A stretch of 64,000 nt of DNA from NCBI RefSeq assembly GCF_009914755.1, contig NC_060933.1, one strand, 5' to 3'. The stretch is from the human T2T-CHM13v2.0 reference genome, Homo sapiens. Shown here piece after piece: positions 28,531 to 41,449 of this stretch. Both the position numbers and the translations under genes were made by a program. Under the pieces are notes generated by a model. It ran no database searches and was not told the DNA's origin. It was given only the letters and a program-made list of their open reading frames with translations. The first letter of the stretch is position 1. Every line of letters begins with the position of its first letter.

Positions 28531-29399
28531 AAAGGAATACATTGGAATCAACCCGAGTGGAATGGAATGGAAAGGACTGGAATGGAGTGGAATGGAATGG
28601 AATGGAATGGAATGGAATGGAATGGAATGGAATCAACTTGATTGGAATGGAATGGAATGGAATGGAATGGAATCAACCCGACTGCAGGGGAATGGAATGG
28701 AATGGAATGCAATGGAATGGATTCAACTTGAATGGAATGGAAAGAATGGAATCAACACGAGTGGAATGGCATGGATTGGAATGGAATGGAATGGAATCAA
28801 CCCGAGTACAGGGGAATGGAATGGAATGGAATGCAATGGAATGGAATCATCCGTAATGGAATAGAAAGGAATGGTATGGAATGGAATGGAATGGAATGGA
28901 ATGGAATGGAATGGAATGGAATCAACTCGATTGCAATCGAATGGAATGGAATGGAATTAACCCGAATAGAATGGAATGGAATGGAATGGAACGGAACGGA
29001 ATGGAATGGAATGGAATGGAACGTAACGGAATGGAATGGATGGAATGGAATGGAATCAACGCGAGTGCAGAGGAATGGAATGGAATGGAATGCAATGGAA
29101 TGGAAACTTCCGGAATGGAATGGAATGGAATGGAATGGAATGAAATGCAATGGATTCAACTCGATTGCAATGGAATGGAATAGAATGGAATGAAATGGAA
29201 TGGAATGCAATTAATCCGAAAAGAATGGAGTGGAATGGAATGGAACGGAATGGAACAGAATGGAATGGAATGGAATGGAATGGAATGGAATGGTATGGAA
29301 TAGAATGGAATGGTACAGAATAGAATGGAATGGAACGAATTGTAATGGAATGGAATTGAATGGAATGGAATGGAATGGAATGGAATCAACGCGAGTGCA

Positions 29400-32300
29400 G
29401 GGGAATGTAATGGAACGGAATGCAATGGAATGGAATCATCCGGAATGGAATGGAATGGAATGGAATGGAATGGAATGGAATCAACCCGAGTGCAATGGAA
29501 TGGAGTGGAATGGAATGGAATGGAATGGAACAACCCGAATGGAATGGAATGTAATGGAGAGTAAAGGAGTTGAATAGAATCAATCCGAATGTAATGGAAT
29601 GGAATGCAACGGAATGGAATGGAATGGAATGCAATGGAATGGAATCAACCCGAGTACAATGGAATGGAATGGAATGGAATGGAATGGAATGGAATGATAC
29701 GGAATAGAATGGAATGGAACGAAATGGAATTGAATGGAAAGGAATGGAATGGAATGGAATGGAATCGTTCAGAGTGGAATAGGAGGGAATGTATTCGAGT
29801 GGAATGGAAAGGAATGGAATCAACCAGAGTGGAATGGAAGGGAATGGAATGGAATGGAAACTAATAGAATGTAATCAACCCGAGTGGAATGGAATGGAAA
29901 GGACTGGAATGGAATGGAATGGAATGGAATCAACTCGTTTGTAATGGAATGGAATGGAATGGAATGGAATGGAATGGAATGGAATTAACCCGAATACAAT
30001 GGAAGGGAATGGAATGGAATGGAAACTAATAGAATGGAATCAACCCGAGTGGAATGGAATGGAAAGGACTGGAATGGAATGGAATGGAATGGAATCAACT
30101 CGATTGTAATGGAATGGAATGGAATGGAATGGAATGGAATGGAATGGAATTAACCCGAATACAATGGAATGGAATGGAATGGAATGGAATGGAGTGGAAT
30201 GGAATGGAATCAACCCTAGTGCAGGGGAATGGAATGGAATGGAATGCAATGGAATGGAATCATCCGGAATGGAATCGAATGGAATGGAATGCAAAGCAAT
30301 GGAATCAACTCGATTGCAATGGAATGGAATGGAATGGAAAGGAATACATTGGAATCAACCCGAGTGGAATGGAATGGAAAGGACTGGAATGGAGTGGAAT
30401 GGAATGGAATGCAATGGAATGGAATGGAATGGAATCAACTTGATTGGAATGGAATGGAATGGAATGGGATCAACTTGATTGGAATGGAATGGAATGGAAT
30501 GGAATGGAATGGAATGGAATGGAATGGAATCAACCCGACTGCAGGGGAATGGAATGGAATGCAATGCAATGGAATGGATTCAACTTGAATGGAATGGAAA
30601 GAATGGAATCAACACGAGTGGAATGGCATGGATTGGAATGGAATGGAATGGAATCAACCCGAGTAAAGGGGAATGGAATGGAATGGAATGCAATGGAATG
30701 GAATCATCCGTAATGGAATGGAAAGGAATGGAATGGAATGGAAAGGAATGGAATGGAATGGAATGGAATGGAATGGAATGGAATCAACTCGATTGCAATC
30801 GAATGGAATGGAATGGAATTAACCCGAATAGAATGGAATGGAATGGAATGGAACGGAACGGAATGGAATGGAATGGAATGGAATGGAATGGAACGGAACG
30901 GAATGGAATGGAATGGAATGGAATGGAATGGAATCAACGCGAGTGCAGGGGAATGGAATGGAATGGAATGCAATGGAATGGAATCTTCCGGAATGGAATG
31001 GAATTGAATGGAATGGAATGGAATGGTATGGAATAAACCCGAGTGCAATGGAATCGAGTGGAATGGAATGGAATGGAATGGAACAACCCGAATGGAATGG
31101 AATGTAATGGAGACTAAGGGAGTTGAATAGAATCAATCCGAATGTAATGGAATGGAATGGAACGGAATGGAATTGAATGGAATGGAATGGAATGGAATGC
31201 AATGGAATGGAAACTTCCGGAATGGAATGGAATGGAATGGAATGGAATGAAATGCAATGGATTCAACTCGATTGCAATGGAATGGAATAGAATGGAATGG
31301 AATGGAATGGAATGGAATTAATCAGAATAGAATGGAATGGAATGGAATGGAACGGAATGGAACGGAAAGGAATGGAATGGAACGGAATGGAATGGAATGG
31401 AATGGAATGGTATGGAATGGAATGGAATGGTACGGAATAGAATGGAATGGAACGAATTGTAATGGAATGGAATTGAATGGAATGGAATGGAATGGAATGG
31501 AATGGAATCAACGTGAGTGCAGGGGAAGGTAATGGAACGGAATGCAATGGAATGGAATCATCCGTAATGGAATGGAATGCAATGGAATGGAATGGAATCA
31601 ACCCGAGTGCAATGGAATGGAGTGGAATGGAATGGAATGGAATGGAACAACCCGAATGGAATGGAATGTAATGGAGAGTAAGGGAGTTGAATAGAATCAA
31701 TCCGAACGTAATGGAGTGGAATGCAACGGAATGGAATGGAATGGAATGGAATGGAATGCAATGGAATGGAATCAACCCGAGTACAATGGAATGGAATGGA
31801 ATGGAATGGAATGGAATGGAATGGAATGGAATGATACGGAATAGAATGGAATGGAACGAAATGGAATGGAATGGAATGGAATGGCATGGAATGGAATCCT
31901 TCCGAGTGGAATAGGAGGGAATGTATTCGAGTGGAATGGATAGAAATGGAATCAACCAGAGTGGAATGGAAGGGAATGGAATGGAATGGAAACTAATAGA
32001 ATGGAATCAACCCGAGTGGAATGGAATGGAAAGGACTGGAATGGAATGGAATGGAATGGAATCAAGTCGATTGGAATGGAATGGAATGGAATGGAATGGA
32101 ATGGAATGGAATGGAATGGAATGGAATTAACCCGAATACAATGGAATGGAATGGAATGGAATGGAATGGAGTGGAATGGAATGGAATCAACCCGAGTGCA
32201 GGGGAATGGAATGGAATGGAATGCAATGGAATGGAATCATCCGGAATGGAATGGAATGGAATGGAATGCAAAGCAATGGAATAAACTCGATTGCAATGGA

Positions 32301-35300
32301 ATGGAATGGAATGGAAAGGAATACATTGGAATCAACCCGAGTGGAATGGAATGGAAAGGACTGGAATGGAGTGGAATGGAATGGAATGCAATGGAATGGA
32401 ATGGAATGGAATCAACTTGATTGGAATGGAATGGAATGGAATGGAATGGAATGGAATGGAATGGAATCAACCCGACTGCAGGGGAATGGAATGGAATGGA
32501 ATGCAATGGAATGGATTCAACTTGAATGGAATGGAAAGAATGGAATCAACACGAGTGAAATGGCATGGATTGGAATGGAATGGAATGGAATCAACCAGAG
32601 TACAGGGGAATGGAATGGAATGGAATGCAATGGAATGGAATCATCCGTAATGGAATGGAAAGGAATGGAATGGAATGGAATGGAATGGAATGGAATGGCA
32701 TGGAATGGAATCAACTCGATTGCAATCGAATGGAATGGAATGGAATTAACCCGAATAGAATGGAATGGAATGGAATGGAACGGAACGGAACGGAACGGAA
32801 TGGAATGGAATGGAATGGAATGGTATGGAATGGAATGGAATGGTACGGAATAGAATGGAATGGAACGAATTGTAATGGAATGGAATTGAATGGAATGGAA
32901 TGGAATGGAATGGAATGGAATCAACGTGAGTGCAGGGGAATGAAATGGAACGGAATGCAATGGAATGGAATCATCCGGAATGGAATGGAATGGAATGGAA
33001 TGGAATGGAATGGAATCAACCCGAGTGCAATGGAATGGAGTGGAATGGAATGGAATGGAATGGAACAACCCGAATGGAATGTAATGTAATGGAGAGTAAG
33101 GGAGTTGAATAGAATCAATTCGAATGTAATGGAATGGAATGCAACGGAATGGAATGGAATGGAATGGAATGGAATGGAATGCAATGGAATGGAATCAACC
33201 CGAGTACAATGGAATGGAATGGAATGGAATGGAATGGAATGGAATGGAATGATACGGAATAGAAAGGAATGGAACGAAATGGAATGGAATGGAATGGAAT
33301 GGAATGGAATGGAATGGAATCGTTCCGAGTGGAATAGGAGGGAATGTATTCGAGTGGAATGGAAAGGAATGGAATCAACAAGAGTGGAATGGAAGGGAAT
33401 GGAATGGAATGGAAACTAATAGAATGGAATCAACCCGAGTGGAATGGAATGGAAAGGACTGGAATGGAATGGAATGGAATGGAATCAACTCGATTGTAAT
33501 GGAATGGAATGGAATGGAATGGAATGGAATTAACCCGAATACAATGGAAGGGAATGGAATGGAATGGAAACTAATAGAATGGAATCAACCCGAGTGGAAT
33601 GGAATGGAAAGGACTGGAATGGAATGGAATGGAATGGAATCAACTCGATTGTAATGGAATGGAATGGAATGGAATGGAATGGAATGGAATGGAATTAACC
33701 CGAATACAATGGAATGGAATGGAATGGAATGGAATGGAATGGAATGGAATGGAATGGAATGGAATGGAATGGAATGGAGGGGAATGGAATGGAATCAACC
33801 CGAGTGCAGGGGAATGGAATGGAATGGAATGCAATGGAATGGAATCATCCGGAATGGAATGGAATGCAAAGCAATGGAATCAACTCGATTGCAGTGGAAT
33901 GGAATGGAATGGAAAGGAATACATTGGAATCAACCCGAGTGGAATGGAATGGAAAGGACTGGAATGGAGTGGAATGGAATGGAATGCAATGGAATGGAAT
34001 GGAATGGAATCAACTTGATTGGAATGGAATGGAATGGAATGGAATGGAATCAACCCGACTGCAGGGGAATGGAATGGAATGTAATGCAATGGAATGTATT
34101 CAACTTGAATGGAATGGAAAGAATGGAATCAACACGAGTGGAATGGCATGGATTGGAATGGAATGGAATGGAATCAACCCGAGTACAGGGGAATGGAATG
34201 GAATGGAATGCAATGGAATGGAATCATCCGTAATGGAATGGAAAGGAATGGAATGGAATGGAATGGAATGGAATGGAATGGAATCAACTCGATTGCAATC
34301 GAATGGAATGGAATGGAATTAACCCGAATAGAATGGAATGGAATGGAATGGAACGGAACGGAATGGAATGGAATGGAATGGAATGGAATGGAACGGAACG
34401 GAACGGAATGGAATGGAATGGAATGGAATGGAATCAACGCGAGTGCAGGGGAATGGAATGGAATGGAATGCAATGGAATGGAATTTTCCGGAATGGAATG
34501 GAATTGAATGGAATGGAATGGAATGGTATGGAATAAACCCGAGTGCAATGGAATGGAGTGGAATGGAATGGAATGGAATGGAACAACCCGAATGGAATGG
34601 AATGCAATGGAGACTAAGGGAGTTGAATAGAATCAATCCGAATGTAATGGAATGGAATGGAACGGAATGGAATTGAATGGAATGGAATGGAATGGAATGC
34701 AATGGAATGGAAACTTCCGGAATGGAATGGAATAGAATGGAATGGAATGAAATGCAATGGATTCAACTCGATTGCAATGGAATGGAATAGAATGGAATGG
34801 AATGCAATGGAATGGAATTAATCCGAATAGAATGGAATGGAATGGAATGGAACGGAATGGAACGGAAAGGAATGGAATGGAACGGAATGGAATGGAATGG
34901 AATGGAATGGTATGGAATGGAATGGAATGGTACGGAATAGAATGGAATGGAACGAATTGTAATGGAATGGAATTGAATGGAATGGAATGGAATGGAATGG
35001 AATGGAATCAACGTGTGTGCAGGGGAATGTAATGGAACGGAATGCAATGGAATGGAATCATCCGGAATGGAATGGAATGCAATGGAATGGAATGGAATCA
35101 ACCCGAGTGCATTGGAATGGAGTGGAATGGAATGGAATGGAATGGAACAACCCGAATGGAATGGAATGTAATGGAGAGTAAGGGAGTCGAATAGAATCAA
35201 TCCGAACGTAATGGAATGGAATGCAACGGAATGGAATGGAATGGAATGGAATGGAATGCAATGGAATGGAATCAACCCGAGTACAATGGAATGGAATGGA

Positions 35301-37640
35301 ATGTAATGGAATGGAATGGAATGGAATGGAATGGAATGGAATGATACGGAATAGAATGGAATGGAACGAAGTGGAATGGAATGGAATGGAATGGAATGGA
35401 ATGGAATGGAATGGAATGGAATGGAATCGTTCCGAGTGGAATAGGAGGGAATGTATTCGAGTGGAATGGAAAGAAATGGAATCAACCAGAGTGGAATGGA
35501 AGGGAATGGAATGGAATGGAAACTAATAGAATGGAATCAACCTGAGTGGAATGGAATGGAAAGGACTGGAATGGAATGGAATGGAATGGAATCAACTCGA
35601 TTGTAATGGAATGGAATGGAATGGAATGGAATGGAATGGAATGGAATGGAATTGAATTAACCCGAATACAATGGAACGGAATGGAATGGAATGGAATGGA
35701 GTGGAATGGAATGGAATCAACCCGAGTGCAGGGGAATGGAATGGAATGGAATGCAATGGAATGGAATCATCCGGAATGGAATGGAATGGAATGGAATGCA
35801 AAGCAATGGAATCAACTCGATTGCAATGGAATGGAATGGAATGGAAAGGAATACATTGGATTCAACCCGAGTGGAATGGAATGGAAAGGACTGGAATGGA
35901 GTGGAATGGAATGGAATGCAATGGAATGGAATGGAATGGAATCAACTTGATTGGAATGGAGTGGAATGGAATGGAATGGAATCAACCCGACTGCAGGGGA
36001 ATGGAATGGAATGGAATGCAATGGAATGGATTCAACTTGAATGGAATGGAAAGAATGGAATCAACACGAGTGGAATGGCATGGATTGGAATGGAATGGAA
36101 TGGAATCAACCCGAGTACAGGGGAATGGAATGGAATGGAATGCAATGGAATGGAATCATCCGTAATGGAATGGAAAGGAATGGAATGGAATGGAATGGAA
36201 TGGAATGGAATGGAATGGAATCAACTCGATTGCAATCGAATGGAATGGAATGGAATTAACCCGAATAGAATGGAATGGAATGGAATGGAACGGAACGGAA
36301 CGGAATGGAATGGAATGGAATGGAATGGAATGGAATGGAATGGAATGGAATGGTATGGAATGGAATGGAATGGTACGGAATAGAATGGAATGGAACGAAT
36401 TGTAATGGAATGGAATTGAATGAAATGGAATGGAATGGAATGGAATGGAATCAACGTGAGTGCAGGGGAATGTAATGGAACGGAATGCAATGGAATGGAA
36501 TCATCCGGAATGGAATGGAATGGAATGGAATGGAATGGAATCAATCCGAGTGCAATGGAATGGAGTGGAATGGAATGGAATGGAATGGAACAACCCGAAT
36601 GGAATGGAATGTAATGGAGAGTAAGGGAGTTGAATAGAATCAATTCGAATGTAATGGAATGGAATGCAACGGAATGGAATGGAATGGAATGGAATGGAAT
36701 GGTTCCGAGTGGAATAGGAGGGAATGTATTCGAGTGGAATGGAAAGGAATGGAATCAACAAGAGTGGAATTGAAGGGAATAGAATGGAATGGAAACTAAT
36801 AGAATGGAATCAACCCGAGTGGAATGGAATGGAAAGGACTGGAATGGAATGGAATGGAATGGAATCAACTCGATTGTAATGGAATGGAATGGAATGGAAT
36901 GGAATGGAATGGAATGGAATGGAATGGAATGGAATTAACCCGAATACAATGGAAGGGAATGGAATGGAATGGAAACTAATAGAATGGAATCAACCCGAGT
37001 GGAATGGAATGGAAAGGACTGGAATGGAATGGAATGGAATGGAATCAACTCGATTGTAATGGAATGGAATGGAATGGAATGGAATGGAATGGAATGGAAT
37101 GGAATGGAATGGAATTAACCCGAATACAATGGAATGGAATGGAATGGAATGGAATGGAATGGAGGGGAATGGAATGGAATCAACCCGAGTGCAGGGGAAT
37201 GGAATGGAATGGAATGCAATGGAATGGAATCATCCGGAATGGAATGGAATGGAATGGAATGCAAAGCAATGGAATCAACTCGATTGCAGTGGAATGGAAT
37301 GGAATGGAAAGGAATACATTGGAATCAACCCGAGTGGAATGGAATGGAAAGGACTGGAATGGAGTGGAATGGAATGGAATGCAATGGAATGGAATGGAAT
37401 GGAATCAACTTGATTGGAATGGAATGGAATGGAATGGAATAGAATGGAATCAACCCGACTGCAGGGGAATGGAATGGAATGGAATGCAATGGAATGGATG
37501 CAACTTGAATGGAATGGAAAGAATGGAATCAACACGAGTGGAACGGCATGGATTGGAATGGAATGGAATGGAATCAACCCGAGTACAGGGGAATGGAATG
37601 GAATGGAATGCAATGGAATGGAATCATCCGTAATGGAATG
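29400..37640 (+). repeat. Tandem ~3.5 kb higher-order repeat (about 2.3 copies), itself built from two related ~1.5-2.0 kb subunits
   Basis: ORF pairs 30838/34338, 31257/34757 and 31477/34977 are offset by 3500; 32062/35592 by 3530; 33599/37004 by 3405. The subunit marker CAACTTGATT lies at ~30436, 32413, 34011, 35943 and 37406. Confidence 0.82.
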
Positions 37641-40600
37641 GAAAGGAATGGAATGGAATGGAATGGAATGGAACGGAACGGAACGGAACGGAATGGAATG
37701 GAATGGAATGGAATGGAATGGAACGGAACGGAACGGAATGGAATGGAATGGAATGGAATGGAACGGAAAGGAATGGAATGGAGTGGAATGGAATGGAATG
37801 GAATGGAATTAACCGGAATAGAATGGAATGGAATGGAATGGAACGGAATGGAATGGAATGGAAGGGAATGGAATCAACACGACTGCAGGGGAATGGAATG
37901 GATTGGAATGCAATGGAATGGAATCATCCGGAATGGAATGGAATGGAATGGAATCAACTCCATTGCAATGGAATGGAATGGAATGGAATGGAATCAACTC
38001 CATTGCAATGGAATGGAATGGAATGGAATGGAATAGAATGGAATGGAATTAACCCGAATAGATGGAATGCAATAGAATGGAATGCAACGGAACCGAATGG
38101 AGTGGAATGGAATGGAATGGAATCAACCCGAGTACAGGGGAATGGAATGGAATGGAATGCAATGGAATGGAGTCATACGTAATGGAATGGAAAGGAATGG
38201 AATGGAATGGAATGGAATGGAATGGAATGCAATGGAATGGAATGGAATGGAATGGAATGCAATGGAATGGAATGGAATCAACTCGATGGCAATCGAATTT
38301 AATGGAATGGAATTAACCCGAATAGAATGGAATGGAATGGAATGGAATGGAACGGAACGGAATGGAATGGAATGGAATGGAATGGAATGGAATGGAATGG
38401 AACGGAATGGAATGGAATGGAATGGAATGGAATCAACGCGAGTGCAGAGGAATGGAATGTAATGGAATGCAATGGAATGGAATCTTCCGGAATGGAATGG
38501 AATGGAATGGAATGGAATGAAAGGCAATGGATTCAACTCGATTGCAATGCAATGGAATAGAATGGAAGGGAAGGGAATGGAATGGAATGGAATTGAATGG
38601 AATGGAATGCCTTCAAACCGAATGGAATGGAAAGGAATGGAATCAACACGAGTGGAAAGGAATGGAATGGAAAGGAATGGAATGGAATGGAATGGTACGG
38701 AATAGAACGGAAAGGAACGAACTGGAATGGAATGGAATGGAATGGAATGGAATGGAATGGAATGGAATGGAATCGTTCCGAGTGGAATAGGAGGGAATGT
38801 ATTCGAGTGGAATGGAAAGGAATGGAATCAAACAGATTGGAATGGAAGGGAATGGAATGGAATGGAAACTAATAGAATGGAATCAACCCGAGTGGAATGG
38901 AATGGAAAGGACTGGAATGGAATGGAATGGAATGGAATGGAATGGAATCAACTCGATTGTAATGGAATGGAATGGAATGGAATGGAATGGAATGGAATGG
39001 AATTAACCCGAATACAATGGAATGGAATGGAATGGAACGGAATGGAGTGGAATGGAATGGAATCAACCCGAGTGCAGGGGAATGGAATGGAATGGAATGC
39101 AATTGAATGGAATCATCCGGAATCGAATGGAATGGAATGGAATGCAAAGCAATGGAATCAACTCGATTGCAATGTAATGGAATGGAATGGAAAGGAATAG
39201 AATGGAATCAACCCGAGTGGATTGGAATGGAAAGGACTGGAATGGAGTGGAATGGAATGGAATGGAATGGAATTGAATCAACTCGATTGCAATGGAATGG
39301 AATGGAATGGATTGGAATGGAATTAACCCAAATATAATGGAATGGAATGGAATGGAACGGAATGGAATGGAATGGAATGGAATGGAATCAACCCGACTGC
39401 AGGGGAATGGAATGGAATGGAATGGAATGGAATGGAATGGAATCAACTCGATTGCAATGGAATGGAATGGAATGGAATGGAATCGTATGGAATGGAATGG
39501 AATTAACCGGAATAGAATGGAATGGAATGGAATGGAACGGAACGGAACGGAATGGAATGGAATGGAATGGAATGGAATGGAATGGAATCAACCCGAGTGC
39601 AGGGGAATGGAATGGAATGGAATGCAATGGAATGGAATCATCCGGAATGGAATGGAATGGAATGGAATGCAATCAACCTGATACAATGGAATGGAGTGGA
39701 ATGGAATGGAATGGAATGGAAACATCCCGAATGGAATGGAATGTAATGGAGTGTAAGGGAATTGAATAGAATCAATGCGAATGTAATGGAATGGAATGGA
39801 ATGAAATGGAATGGAATGGAATGGAATGGAATCAACCCGAGTGCAATGGAATGGATTCGAATGGAATGGAATGGAATGGAATGGATTCAACAAGAATGGA
39901 ATGGAAAGGAATGGAATCAACCCGAGTGTAATGGCATGGAATGGAACGGAATGGAATGGGATGGAATGGAATGGTACGGAATAGAATGGAATGGAATGAA
40001 ATGGAATGGAATGGAATGGAATGGAACGGAATGGAATGAACCCGTGTGCAATGGAATGGAATGGAATGGAATGGATTCAACTCGAATGGAATCAACTCGA
40101 TTGCAATGGAATGGAATTGAATTGAATGGAATAGAATGGAATCAAGCCGAGTGGAATGGAATGGAAAGGACTGGAATGGAGTGGAATGGAATGGAATGGA
40201 ATTAACCCGAATACAATGAAATGGAACGGAATGGAATGGAATGTAATGGAATGGAATGGAATGGAATCAACCCGAGAGCAGGGGAATGGAATGGAATGGA
40301 ATGCAATGGAATGGAATCATCCGGAATGGAATGGAATGGAATGGAATGGAATGGAATGGAATCAACTCGATTTCAATGGAATGGAATGGAATAGAATGGA
40401 ATGGAATTAACACGAAAGAATGGAATGGAATGGAATGGAATGGAAAAGAAAGGAATGGAATGGAATGGAATGGAATCAACCCAAGTGCAGGGGAATGCAA
40501 TGCAATGGAATTCAATGGAATGGAATCATCCGGAATGGAATGCAATGGAATGCATTGGAATGGAATGGAATGGAATCAACCCGAGTGCAATGGAATGGAG

Positions 40601-41449
40601 AGGAATGGAACGGAATGGAATGGAAACTACACGAATGCAATGGAATGGAATGGAGTGTAAGGGAATTGAATAGAATGAATCCGAATGGAATGGAATGGAA
40701 TGGAATGGAAAGGAATGGAATGGAATGGAATGGAATGGAATGCAATGCCATGGAATCAACCCGAGTGCAATCGAATGGAATCGAATGGAATGGAATGCAA
40801 TGGAATGGATTCAACTTGAATGGAATGGAAAGAATGGAATCAACACGAGTGGAAGGGCATGGATTGGAATGGAATGGAATGGAATCAACTCGATTGCAAT
40901 CGAAAGAATGGAATGGAATTAACCCGAATAGAATGGAATGGAATGGAATGGAATGGAACGGAACGGCATGGAATGGAACGGAATGGAATGGAATGGAATC
41001 AACGCGAGTGCAGGGGAATGGATTGGAATGGAATGCAATGGAATGGAATCTTCCGGAATGGAATGGAATGGAATGGAATAGAATGGAATGGAATGGAATG
41101 GAATGGAATCAAACCGAGTACAGGGGAATGGAATGGAATGGAATGCAGTGGAATGGAATCATCCGTAATGGAATGGAAAGGAATGGAATGGAATGGAATG
41201 GAATGGAATGGAATGGAATGGAATCAACTCGATTGCAATCGAATGGAATGGAATGGAATTAACCCGAATAGAATGGAATGGAATGGAACGGAATGGAACG
41301 GAACGGAATGGAATGGAATGGAATGGAACGGAACGGAACGGAACGGAATGGAATGGAATGGAATGGAATCAACGCGAGTGCAGGGGAATGGAATGGAATG
41401 GAATGCAATGGAATGGAATCTTCCGGAATGGAATGGAATGGAATGGAAT

